Shown: positions 1 to 14,531 of the stretch, in pieces
Layout: every line of letters starts with the position of its first letter
How positions within the stretch are numbered: position 1 is the first letter of the stretch
Source of the DNA: Octopus vulgaris
Taxonomy: Eukaryota
Length of the DNA: 64,000 nucleotides
Assembly (NCBI GenBank): GCA_951406725.2
Contig: OX597833.1
Coordinates: 42,098,001-42,162,000 of the forward strand
Reading direction: 5' to 3'
The notes under the pieces: generated by a model
Told to the model about the DNA's origin: nothing
The model's input: the letters and a program-made list of their open reading frames with translations, nothing else
Database searches by the model: none
Translations under genes and position numbers: made by a program

Positions 1-813
1 TCATTTCTTGAACCAAAGTTTTGCAACTCTTTAAACCTACAAAGTTAGAATTTACTGCAGAACACTGTTGCAGCCTCTTGACTTAGCTGTATCAGAATCG
101 GTTGCAGCAACACTGGATGAAGACAAAATTCTTGCCTTGTTTCTTCACTAAACAAGCTTAAGATGTTTAATATCTTTAATATCTTGTTCTTATATTTTTG
201 TTGTAAGCCTGTTGTAGACATAATGATGCGATTGAGAAGTTTACTTCGCAACTACATGACTTTGAAATCAATCCGGCTGCATAGGTATCTTGATGGCGTG
301 ACTTCTATCATGGTCTCAAATCAATCTGTGTGTGTGTGCGTGTGTGTTGCCCTCTTTCTCTGCTTTACAAGTGGTGTTGGTTTGTTTACACCCCCTGATG
401 TAGCGATTTGGCAAAACAAATTGATAGAATTACTTCCAGGCTTTAAGAAATAAGCATTGAGGTCGATTTGTTGGATTAAATCCTTCAGAGTGGTGCCCCA
501 TTATGGTTGCAGTCCAATGACTAAAACAAGTGAAAAATAAAGATAATACGAATTGTCAATGCATGTCATAAAATTGGTTTGTATGATATTACGGACACTC
601 AAGTTTAATCTATCACCACATATGTAATCTCAAATACTGCTTCCCTGATTTCAGTCAATCCGTATGGAAACCCTTTGATCTGCACGCTGACCGGGTGGAT
701 TCTGGATAGTGGTTCAAGGGAGACAATCCCTTACGCTTGATCTTTGTGTGTTTCAAAACTAGTCCCGAAACCTTTTCTCCATCCAATTTGAAAAGAGGTT
801 ATAAGCCACCTGC

Positions 814-882
814 CATTAGGGTCTGTTGAGATGCGTGTAAAGTTAAACGCTTTATGGACGCGAAACCCTGGGTAACCCTATG
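814..882 (+). ncRNA. type I hammerhead ribozyme motif (A6U core variant)
   Basis: TAGGGT-CTGTTGA-GAT-[GCGT GTAAAG loop CTTTAT GG ACGC]-GAAA-CCC T GGG-TA-ACCCTA: perfect 6-bp stem I, stems II and III present, GUA triplet. Confidence 0.65.
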
Positions 883-939
883 AACCGGCCATAACTAACA
901 TTGGCAAGACTTCCACCCATCCCACCCCCCAAAAGAACA

Positions 940-1400
940 CCCTTAAGTTTTTTTCGACACAAACTCCACTTATCGACTACGGGGAATACGAATCTGCAAA
1001 AAAAAAAATGGCAAAAATCGACATTTCTAAATTACCACCTCGAACACCATTTCCTTCATTTTTAACTTTCTTCACAATTTTTTTTTCAAAATATGCTTAA
1101 AAATACGGAGATTATGATTCTGAAAAAAGTTTCCAAAATCTTTGAAAAATTTTTTTAAAGAATTTTTTTTTCTAAATTTACGGAAAAATACGGACATCAT
1201 GATTCGGACAAATATTTCAAAACATTTTTGTACGGTTAGGGTTTTAGGGTTAGTGTTGGGGAAAAAAGTCAAAATTGAAGAAGTTAGGGGGGAAAAACTT
1301 TACAATGCCGATTTTTGGCAATTTTCCGGAACCTCCAAAAAAAAAATACAAAAATGAACAAATTTGGGAGAAAATGGGGGGGGTCTTTCCCTAACATTCT
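940..1400. repeat. unclassified repeat with an internal duplication and TTAGGG-like motifs
   Basis: ATACGGA..ATGATTC.. block duplicated at ~1104 and ~1188; GGTTAGGGTTTTAGGGTTAG at ~1234-1253. Confidence 0.4.
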
Positions 1401-2407
1401 CTAAATATATATATATATATATAAGAGAGAGAGTGATAGATATTCATACATATATTATCAAATTTTATAGTATTAAGTATCCATACGGTTTACCCATAAC
1501 GGAATCCATAAATACGGTACCATCAAAGTTAGTGAAATAGATTTTTATATTCTTCCATGTGGATGGAATTAAAACAAAAGACTTTAATTTTTCATTCTAA
1601 TAACCTCTATGTTCAAAGTCTATGAAATAAAACCATTTATGTATCGGTGAGATTTAGGAGAAAGAATCCAATCAACTGTACACTCCATCATTTGGAGACC
1701 ATCAAGAAAGAGAACTTAGAAGCTAGGTTGAAAATTGATTCAGGGGAAACAACTCTGCCACGTAACATTTTCGTGTGATGTGAGAAATATGCTACTAAAA
1801 TCTCCTCGCCTCTCTAATTCATTTGCTCGCTTCAGTTATAGGACTATACCGCAGCCCTACAGGGGCATCTTCTTCAAATACTGAATCGATCTAAGTACTT
1901 AATCTAATGTGGTACTAATTTTATCGATCTTTTAGGTCGACCCGTTAAATGCAGCGTATAAAAGAATACAATATAGCAAGAATTGTTAAAACAGGTGTAA
2001 ACATACACAGGCGCGTGCACACACACACAGATCTCCAGAAACATTTACCCAGGGTTTTACAACTCTATCAAGCGTTTATTTATCAGTATATATTTCTAAA
2101 CAATACGTTATTGTCAAAGTCAATCTTACAACAGATTATTGGGAGAAGCAAGAGGGACCTGATTCAATTTTCTTCTTCAACTTACAACTTGATATTCTGA
2201 TGCATCAATATGCTAGAAATAGCGACCAAATTTCTGCTCAATACTGTCATAGATATGCTAGTGGAAAATGTAGTCCTAAATAGTCTTCCAAGGGTATCTG
2301 CAATTAGTTGAAGTTTATTCAGAGCAGAGACATGACATAAATACTAGCAGCAGAGAGGACTCTGCTAAAGGCACCAAGAGCCATGAGATGGTATTTAACA
2401 TGGGAAA

Positions 2408-2641
2408 GGCGGTGAGCTGGCAGAAACGTTAGCACGCTGGGCGAAATGCTTAGCAGTATTTCGTCTGCCATTACGTTGTGAGTTCAAATTCCACCGAGGT
2501 CGACTTTGCCTTTCATCCTTTTGGGGGTTGATAAATTAAGTACCAGTTACGCACTGGGGTCCATGTAATCGACTTAATACCTATGTCTGTACTTGTTTGT
2601 CCCCTCTAAGTTTAGCCCCTTGTGGGTAATAAAGAAATAGG
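2408..2641 (+). mobile_element. tRNA-derived SINE family A
   Basis: GAGCTGGCAGAAACGTTAGC...GAGTTCAAATTCC (B box)...GCCTTTCATCC...AAGTACCAG...AAAGAAATAGG. Other copies at ~6980-7187 (+), 31441-31661 (+), 36315-36460 (-), 45806-46038 (-), 50290-50468 (+); diverged relatives at ~5530, 56130 and 58905. Confidence 0.85.
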
Positions 2642-3385
2642 CATTTAACATGGGAACCATTTAAGTCTGTCATCCCAAAACAAGGTTCCAACATAGTCTC
2701 CAACAAACAAATTTAACTCACAAACCTTTGGTCAATCCAAGGTTATGAAAGTGCAAGGTACAACACATTGGGAACGAACTTAAAACCCCATGGTTGCAAA
2801 ATAAGCTTCTTTATTATGAGAAAAGAGGAGTTTCTTTTTTGTTTTGGTGGGGAGCTGAATCAGACAATTATGAAGAGCTGATCAATTGTCCAGAATAAAG
2901 GAACGATTGCTGCTAATAGAAACATCACACATCTGGAGTGTAACCTCACACAATTTTTAGTAACACTAATGCATTAGATTTAATAAGGAGTCACAGCTAG
3001 TCAGGTTGTTATGTTGAGTTACTAGCTGAAGAGTTGATGGGTCACATTTTGCCTCCATGATCAAAAGTGACACTTACACATGCATAATGGATACATTTCT
3101 GTCCACCAAATATGTTCACAAAACTCTGGGGCCATAGTAAGGTGCTGCAGTGGGTCTGAACCCACAATCACATGGTTGGAAAATGAACTTCTTAACCACA
3201 TGGATATGCCTGTTTATATATATTTACATGCATATATACACATGTGATGTATATATATATATATAATTGCTAATTACCTCTCCTTAGATTTATTTAGCTA
3301 CTGATTCATTTATGATACAACTTTCCTGCTTCTAACATGGAATTAAAATTTCTTATCCATTAAATTGAAATATTTACATTAATTT

Positions 3386-3424
3386 CATAGACATCATTAG
3401 CAAAAGTGAAACCGGTTGACTATG
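3386..3424 (+). ncRNA. decayed minimal hammerhead motif (A3:U8 type)
   Basis: CATAGAC-ATCATTA-GC AAAA GT-GAAA-CCGG-TT-GACTATG; G5 is mutated. Confidence 0.45.
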
Positions 3425-3499
3425 TAAATATTCTATCTCATAAAGATACATACATTACATTCTGTACATTTTCTTTCTTTTAGTTTCTTTTTACTATTT

Positions 3500-3530
<31 letters not shown>

Positions 3531-6016
3531 ATATTAATACACATACACCCACATATATATTAACCGAGAGGTTACGGGTTTGAAGTGCAGCAGCATAAGT
3601 CATAAATTAAAATTTAACCTTATAGACCTATCAACTTACCTGTAAACATGTACAACTCCAAGAGCCAGCAAGGGAGTTTCTATGAAGTTGCTCAATCTGA
3701 TAGAAACAACAGCCAAATCTCCCTCATATCAGACCTATCTGGTTTGGGAAAAAAAGGATACATTGGACAATATGGCCCTAGATATACATGTACCAAGATA
3801 GCATACCGACACTTTTATCCACTAAGAAATTGATGGATCTTTCCAGTGTATGAATGTTGTTATTCTTACTTTAGAAATAAAATCCAAGCCTGGTACTACA
3901 AACATATCCAGGACAAAGAGATACCAGATGCTTATCAGAGATCAAAAGCTGATTAAAACGTGTATGTAAATGCTAAAGATATAGTTAATTACCTTACCAC
4001 CACCCATCAATAAACAACATAAGCAAACTATAATTGTATAAACAAAATAGTAACTTTGCACTCCATTATCAGTGGTACCGAGATTAAATCCTACTAGGGC
4101 TTATATATATATATAAATCATCATTTAACATCCAATTCATGGATTGGACGTTCTGATTGGAGCTGGCAAACTGGAGTATGCATCAAGTTTCAGTCATGTT
4201 TTGGCAAGGTTTCTATGGCTGGATGCCCTCCCTAACATCAACCACTTTACAGTGTACTGAGTGATTTTGTGTGGTGCTGGCAAAGGTGTTTTTATGTGGT
4301 GCCGGTACAGGTGGTCCTTATGTGGTGCTGGCATGGGTGCTCTTTATGTGATGCCAGCATAGGTGCTTTTTACAAATGGATAAATGAGCAATCACGAGGT
4401 ATCAAATCAACCTATAACATATTTCTATAATGTGGTAAAAAATGCAAATATAGGTAGCAAGAGACTTTCTAGAGTCCAGAATATGAAAAGTTTATAATTC
4501 ATACATAGATAAGTAGATCGATGATGTCACAAGTTAAAAAAACAAACAAACTTGGAATTGAAGGAACACTTACAGCTGTTTCAAGAATAGGTGTATGCTT
4601 GATGTAGATTCATGCATATTGTTTGGAGCACAAATAGTTGCAGCCTATACCATAATCAGAAGAATAATAGTAGCAAGGGAATTGCAAGTTAAGATTATGT
4701 ATATATGTTTTTTATCTGAATGGCTATCGGTCTTTTGTAACTGTGATCCTTTCAAGAAGTTTCTAATCTGCAATAGCGTTTATGCTTCCGCAATTACTTT
4801 CAGATATATCACATCTTAAGACACCTTTTACTGTTGTAACATAATACATAGTTTAAGGTGCAAATTATTTTGAGAGAAAATACATGAACTCCTGTAAGCT
4901 CAGTCTATTCAGCTGTAAATAAGTAATTCAAAGAAGCACTTTTCACTTTTGCATAGCTGCTCTAACCATGTATCTCCTAGCAATAAAAAAATTCTTGAAA
5001 GTAAGTAGGCAATCTCCAGCACTCTGCAACATCTATTAATGGCAGCTGGTAAAAATTACTTCAACAACCCATTACACAAAAAATTGCTTTTTATATTCTG
5101 CAATCTTTCAACTTGTTTGTTAGATTTGGGTGTAAAATAAACAGATGAGAGATTAATATCCACCCAGTTAGGTAATATTGGTTTCAGATTTGGGTACGAG
5201 GCCAGCCTGGTTAGGTAATATTAAAAACTCATTTCATAAGTAAATTGAAGTGTTTGCAATTAATGATATTTAACATCATAGTTAAATTATTTCCCAGACA
5301 TTATTGTAACTTTTTAGAGTATATATTTACAATATTTATATCTACTTTACATTTCAGTTTGATTTCTGATCATCATTAGTAGGCGTCTTATCCCTTGATG
5401 TGTTCATGGTACTAGGGAGGATTTGAACTAGGAACCTTTATTTCTCAACTAAGTATGATATTTCTACTCCATAAGGTCATATAATGATGATTAGGGACCA
5501 AACTAATCAAAACGTATAGATATAAATATTGGTTTCAAATTTTAGTACAAGGTCAACAATTTGAGGTGGGGGGGGGATTTATACTGATCCCAGTGTTCAA
5601 CTGGTACTTCCTTGGCAGAATTTGAACTCACAATGTGAAGACATGAAATGCTGCCAAGCATTTTGCCTGGTACGCTAATCACTCTGCCAGCTAACCATCT
5701 TATAACTGTAGAGAGAGAAAAGTTACCTAAGAGGTTAAAGCACTGGAGAATTAGAATCATATTAATCAACCTTAGACCACTGCTATTGTTGTTTTAACAT
5801 ACATCACTGCAGGTAGGTATGGGTTGGATGGATAAGCATATCAACATTTGATTTATTGCTTCTCAAATTTATCTGGTCTGGCAACACTTCTCTAATACTT
5901 CCTCTGTCAAAGCCACCTGTCATCTACCACTAACATATAACAATCTGTCATTCAGTTCATCATGTCCATTCATATCATGTTACCAGAACAGTTGTCTCTA
6001 TTGCCAATGTCATTAA

Positions 6017-6226
6017 CCCTTAAGCATTTAAACTGGCCATATCCGGCCCAAATACTCAGGGTTTTTTAATGTTCAAACTGGTCAAATCCAGCCTTTCACA
6101 CTTATGCTATAATGTCATTCTAAAAATAAACATTCACATCATTGAAATCTCAAAGCTACAAGATAATTCAAAAGACTCTGAATAAATAAGCATCACATTT
6201 GACAGAATAATTTGAATGCTAAAGGG
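6017..6226. mobile_element. piggyBac-type MITE
   Basis: TTAA-CCCTT...AAGGG-TTAA termini. Confidence 0.8.
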
Positions 6227-6298
6227 TTAACCCTATACTACTTAAATTACTGATATGCAGGAAAAAAGTTATTTATTGTTCTTTTATAGTGTATTTAA

Positions 6299-6517
6299 CC
6301 CTTTAGTTTTCAGATTACTCTGCTAAATGTAATACTTTTTCACTCAAATTGTTTTGAATTAAATCATGCATTATCTTATAGCTTTGAGGTTTGTGATGTG
6401 ATTGTTTATTTTTAGCATGACATTGTAGGTTAGGTGTGAGAGGCTAGATATCGCCAGTTTGAATATAAAACATTTAGAATATTTGGGCCGGATATGGCTG
6501 GTTTAAACACTAAAGGG
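6299..6517. mobile_element. piggyBac-type MITE, same family, inverted relative to 6017-6226
   Basis: TTAA-CCCTTTAG...CTAAAGGG-TTAA; further partial or interrupted copies at ~13383-13500 and ~41090-41490. Confidence 0.8.
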
Positions 6518-6539
6518 TTAAGGACAAGTGATGCTATGA

Positions 6540-6840
6540 ATGACAGCAACACATGACAAATGAATGCCTTTATGGAGACCTGCTGAAGGTTAGTGAGATC
6601 AAGCAGAGATGGCTGCAACTATCTGGTCACTGTGTGTGCCACCTTGAACTGGAAGCAAGCAAATTAGTCTTGTGGGACCCACTTCATGATGATGTAGGAA
6701 GAGGAAAACATTGTCACACTTACATCAACAACCTGATTGCAGACACTGGCCTGGAATGTTTCCAAGGCCTTGAGGCAGTGATGTTAGACCAAGGAGTGTG
6801 GCAGATGAACTTTGTTGCTGTGGCCCAGGTTGGAACCTGA
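6540..6840 (+). mobile_element. RTE-like LINE C-terminal fragment
   Basis: TNECLYGDL...IKQRWLQLSGHC...LVLWDPLH...GRGK...TYINNL...DTGL, a typical RTE C-terminus. Confidence 0.75.
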
Positions 6841-9800
6841 CCATATAAAGGTAAAAAAGCATTTAATGTAAAAGAAATATGCATAAAATGTTTATTTGTT
6901 TGCTTGCTTTTCTATGTTAGCATAGGTTAAATGAATGTTATTGCAATATTGTTTTACAGTCAGATACCCTTCAATAGAAGGTAGCGAGCTAGCAGAAACG
7001 TTAGCACGCCGGGCGAAATGCTTAGCAGTATTTTGTCTGTCTTTACGTTCTGAGCTCAACTTTGCCTTTCGGGGTCGATAAATTAAGTACCAGTTACACA
7101 CTGGGGTCGATGTAATCGACATAATATCTTGTCTGTCCTTGTTTGTCCCCTCTATGTTTAGCCCATTGTGGGCAATAAAGAAATAAGATGCCCTTCAAAG
7201 CTCGTACTCATAACTGTTTCTCAAGTAAAGGATCTCTTATTCCACACAGCTTTGAAGGCATGAAGCAAGCAAATTATTGGCTGAAGTAATGTCAACAATA
7301 ACACCACTTGAACATCAGGAGTTTCAAATAAGTAGGTGCAGATGTAAACATACAGACATACACATGTGCATGTACATACATACTTTTCATTTTTTATTTT
7401 TTGTTCTGTCATTTTCTGTTCATCAAACCTACCTACAAAGCTTTGGTCAGCTTGAGACTATAGCAGAAAACATTTACCTGCCATGCAGTGGGGTTGAACC
7501 TGAAACAAAGTGGTTGGGAAATGAACTTAACCACAGAGCCATCATCATCATCATTTAATGTCCACTTTCCATGCTGACATAGGTTTGACAGATTCCAGCT
7601 GTCTGTTGTGGCAGGGTTTCTACAACTGGATGCCCTTCCTAATGCCAACCACTTAATAGTGTGCTGGGTGACTTTTACATGCCACCAGCACAGGTGTGTT
7701 TACACAGCACTGGCACAAGTGCTTTTTAAGTGTTACCAGCACCTGAAAGGACAAGCCTTCCTTATTTAAGATGGTAGGGGTCATTTGGCTGCAACTTCTA
7801 TCAAATTAAGGGACTACATAAGGGCCTCTCGTGAGATCCTTGGCAATAATATATATATATATATCAGTATCTATAAAGCTGAAATGCAAAAAAGTTGCTT
7901 GATTTCTTGGTTATTTGTCTCATTTTGAGACAAGTATTTGTATGTGGCAGTATAAGAAAAATTTTTAGCTAAGAATAAACCTCTCCATCTAACATTTGGT
8001 GACCTGGAGACAGTCTCTGACAGAATACCATGACTTGTAAGTCAGGTGACCTTTAAGAGAACTAGATATAGATGACTGGGATTGCAAGCAAGCTGACTGC
8101 AAAGTATTTGTATGTGGCAGATGTAAGAGAATAGTTAGCATTCAGTGCAGTAGTAAAAGATATTTTCCTCAATGCTTGGATGACAAAAGAATGCAACATA
8201 TGGCAAGGCACTGTGTTGGAGAGACCCATCCAACTCAAGCAAACATGGAAAAGCAGACATTTAAATGATGGTAATGAGATATACATACATACACACACAC
8301 ATATTTTATATATATATAACATATATATATTTTGGCATTGGGAAGGGCATCCAGCTGTAGAAACCATGCCAAATCAGACTGGAGTCTGGTGCAGCCCCTC
8401 AACTCACCAGCCCTGGTCAAACCATCCAACCCATGCCAGCATGGACAATGGACATTAAATGAAAAAATGATGATATACACACACATCTACAGAAAGAGAG
8501 AGACGGATAGAGTGAAAAATAATGCAAAAAAGATCAATATGTAGGGTTTCTTGTACAAAATCTACATGAAAGGAATAAATTTGAAAATATTTCCAAATTA
8601 GCAACAGTAAAAGCAACAGCACTACCATCGTCTTCAACTACAGCCAAACATCACCACCAGCAACAACAACAATAAAGTATGAAGTACAAAAGTGATAAAG
8701 CAATGTTGAGTCATAGAACTAGTTTTGGTCTTACTCCAAACCTTAGACTTTATTCAACAACTTCAAAAAAAAAAAAACAGCTTTACTCTTGTGATCTCTG
8801 AAAGTTCTATTATATGCCTCCATCAGGAATAAGTCAATCGGATGAATTCTTATAATCCAGACATTTTACTTGGGAATTGCTCCTCATTGGTCAGTTTTAA
8901 GACCTAATTTAGGCAGTAGCATAACCTAAAACTTCTGGTCCATTTGGGGGAAAAAATGTAATCAATATCATCACTAGATTTCTCTATACAATTTCAGAAA
9001 ATGATCCAAGATATCAAGATATCATCTCTTTGTAGTCAAAACATTAGTGGCAAATTTAATAGAACTGCAGTTGCCATTTCTGAAGGTAAGAAGGGGAGGG
9101 TGGGAGGAAGAGAGAGAGAGAGAGGGAGAGAGAAAGAGATGGGGAGGGAGAGAAATATAGAAGGAAAGAAACAGACAGCTTCACAACAATGTGTAGTTTA
9201 ATTTAAAGTCATTACAGAAAACATACAAAATGGCAACCAACTGATCAATGAACTGTAGAATTAAAATGATTTCACTCAGTAGTTGTTGCTGTCTTCTGCC
9301 ATTTCAGATAAGCTACCATTGAGGATATCACAAGGAGAGTGAATTCCTGGCAGTCCTCTTCATTTCAGGGTCCCTCTCTGAGGAGGAGAATAGACTGAAG
9401 GGGTTTCCTGTTGTTTTCCAGCCACACAGCAGAAAACTGAATCCAGTACTATCGGTCAACAAAACACTCATTGTTTACAGCAGTGGTTCTGTATCTACTC
9501 CTTGATACTCATTTTACAACTAGGTGGGTTTGAGTCCAGAACAGGTTCAGCTGGCCTTTACACGTGGACACAGAGTAAGCATCAGTGGTGTGATATTAAA
9601 CATTATTAACAATTCAGTTGGTTGTCCAGCATCCTATTGATTCACTCCAGTCAGTGTGTGTGTGTATGTGTGTGTGTGTGGCGAAAGTATTCATTTGCTG
9701 AAGAACAAACTGTAAGTGATGGTGTCCAATCAATTAGTCTTGGGAATCAGGCACAAATCAGACAGTCTTTGCCATTCAGTTCTGAGAAATTACCATGTTT

Positions 9801-10589
9801 CCCCAACCCCCTGCCCCCCAAACTCCCACTAACATTGTACAGAAAACCACACAAGAACAATTGACTGCTATAAAAATAAAAAATAATTTCTATATGAATG
9901 TTTGGGATGAATAGCCGTTTAGCTCTATGCAACAGTTGGCATTTGTATTCTTTGTTTTTCGTGTTTTTTAAATTTTTTTTTGTTTTGTTCTTTTTTTTTC
10001 TGTGGAGGCATCAAAAATCAGTCTACATTGAATGACTAAGAAACATAGAAGAATATAAGAACAAGATTTTCTTAAATCAATGCCAATATCTTGAGGCACT
10101 TTAAGACATCAGGTGACAATTGAATAAAAAAGTATTTGGAAGATAATTGGCTAATAGTTCTTCCAACAATTTTTATTATAATTTTCTTGAAGAGTCAATA
10201 TTTAAAAAGATATTTGAATCATGTACTCCAAAAGGAGGACATAATATAATTTTGATCTCAGTGTTATAAATATTTGATACTGAATGAAAACAGTCAGAGA
10301 CTGCCACCACTTTCAGTTCCAGGCAGATTGTACAGTGTCTAGACTGCGGTTAATAAGCAGTCCAAGTGAAACATGTAAATAATCATAATAGCCAAGTTTG
10401 AAAAATAGATTGGTTAGGTCAGCTGCAAACCTACACTTGTGCTGCAGTAATTTACACCTGTTTAATAACAAGTTAATTAGAAACAAGTGTTAAGATTGTA
10501 AAATAGCTATTTGACAATATACTGGAAGAAATAACATAATTTCAGTTATTCTAGACCAGTAGCAGATAGATTAGAGGAAGATGTGTCTA

Positions 10590-12570
<1,981 letters not shown>

Positions 12571-13150
12571 ATCTATGTATGTACATATATATATTTATTT
12601 TGATAGAAAGAAAATCTGCAGGAATTTCCAAAACTATGGCATGGAGCATACATAGTAAGCCAACATGTAGCATATTGTAACATGTGGGATGTCACAGCAT
12701 GTGGTACTCTGATACACAGTGCATTGTAGAATATGTGTTGTGCCGCTGCATGTGTCATGCCACTCCAATATTAAGTGCTGCCACCTACCTGGCTCATTGC
12801 AACATGTGGCAGGCGTGCTGTCACATGTGGTGCTCTGACATACAGCACATCATTTACATGTGAGCATTTGAAGAAACGGTTGCTGCTGACAGAAATAGCT
12901 AGAAGAAATGGTGGGAAGGAGAAAGACCATCACTCGGGTGAGTCTTCAGGTTGCATGGGGGGGAAAATAGCTAGCACCATGTAATAATGTCAACGGTGAT
13001 GTAACATCCGTCAATGGTATTTCGGGCACCCCTATACTCCCCACCGCCCACACCATCCTCCCCCAACCCCTAAATCTAGAGGGACATGCTAGCAGCCGTT
13101 ATTTCAGCTACCACTATTTGGGCTAAAAAATTTAACCAAAAAAATATTTT

Positions 13151-13156
13151 TTTATT
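13151..13156 (-). terminator. candidate proximal polyadenylation signal of DEDD
   Basis: AATAAA on the minus strand ~46 nt after the stop; the context is AT-rich, so it may be chance and the real 3' UTR may be longer. Confidence 0.25.
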
Positions 13157-13201
13157 CAATATTAATAATAATTAAAAAAATGTTAATGTCAGCCTTGTTC
13201 T

Positions 13202-13311
13202 TTAATCTTGGAGATTCTGGAGTAACTTCAGTCGACCAGCTTCATAATCATCTTCATCCACATTAACAAGTAACTTGATGGCTTCATGGCCAACAGCCTG
13301 TTTCAAGGACT
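13202..13311 (-). CDS. DEDD: DEDD coding exon 4 (stop codon)
   Basis: cttttgcag| acceptor; (E)SLKQAVGHEAIKLLVNVDEDDYEAGRLKLLQNLQD* with TAA at 13204-13202. Total CDS 1095 nt, in frame. Confidence 0.95.
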
Positions 13312-13539
13312 CTGCAAAAGAGGTATTATTAATAACATTAAAAGATGATAACCTTTCATACTTTAAAGTAAATCAAATAACTTTAACTCTTTAGCATTCA
13401 GATTACTCTGTCAAATGTATACATAGTCATATTATTTTGAATTAATCATGCATTATCGTATAGCTTTGAGGTTTCAACAATAACATCGCGATAATTTATT
13501 TCCCAGCAATCAAAGGTTATGTAACACATCCTTTACCAT

Positions 13540-14141
13540 ATTTTCGACCACCAGCCAAAAGAAGTATTTGACCCAGACTGCCTTCTTCCAATTGCTAAAC
13601 ATGGAGGAGGATCTGTGATGATCTGGTAGGCTATATCTTGGAAATCTACTGGCCCAATCGTTCCCCCTCATGGCAGAATTAATAGTCAAGACTATTTAAG
13701 CATTTTATCTGATCAAATTCATACTATGGTTGTGGAACTGTTTCCAAAGGGAAACGCAATCTTTCAGAATGATAATGCACAAATTTTCACAGCTAAATTT
13801 GTTACTGAATGGCACGAGGAACATTCTAGTGAAGTTGAACATCTTATCTGGCCACCACAGTCCCCAGATTTCAATATTATTGAACATTTATGGTGCATTT
13901 TAGAAAAACAAGTAAGGAGATAATATCCTACACCATCATCACAACAAGAACTGGAAACTGTTTTAGCTGAAGAATGGACAAAAATACCTTTGGAAACAAT
14001 TCAAACTTTGTATGAGTCCATACCTCGTTGAATTCAAGCTGTAATTACTGCTAAAGGCAGTTCTACCCCATATTAAAATTAAAATAAATTTGTAGCTTGT
14101 CTGAAATTTTAAGGTGTTTCCATTATTTTGTCCAACCTCTG
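13540..14141 (+). mobile_element. Tc1-like transposase 3' fragment with right end
   Basis: [39 protein letters not shown]; ends ...TTTTGTCCAACCTCTG-TA. Confidence 0.88.
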
Positions 14142-14183
14142 TATATATAAATATATATACATGTGTATATACACATGTGTGTG

Positions 14184-14262
<79 letters not shown>

Positions 14263-14531
14263 GTATGTGTGTGTGTATATATATGTATATATATATATGT
14301 ATGTATGTACATATATATATATATATATACACACACACATATATATATGTATATATATACACATATATATATATGTATATATATATAAGTATATATGTAT
14401 GTATATGTATATATATATATATATACACACACAATATATATATGTATATATATACACATATATATATATGTATATATATATAAGTATATATGTATGTATA
14501 TGTATATATATATATATATATGTGTGTGTGT
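14142..14531. repeat. compound (TA)n/(TG)n microsatellite
   Basis: Seen directly; similar fields at 30527-30843, 50990-51195, 61655-61887 and (TATG)n at 63612-63730. Confidence 0.95.

Noticed and set aside
45-453. ORFs at the window start, including an LQPLDLAV word resembling a pogo DDE motif
   Set aside because: Short frames, no other transposase motifs and no splice support.
1234-1253. TTAGGG-like motifs as telomeric sequence (also CCCTAA at ~59440)
   Set aside because: Only 2-3 imperfect units, embedded in interspersed repeats.
2408-2500. tRNA genes suggested by A/B-box motifs in SINE heads
   Set aside because: No cloverleaf; they continue into multi-copy SINE bodies.
4550-5120. Possible second Penelope remnant (GAAACAGCTGTAAG on the minus strand, faint protein similarity)
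   Set aside because: Too degenerate to support; no HHR core found at the expected position.
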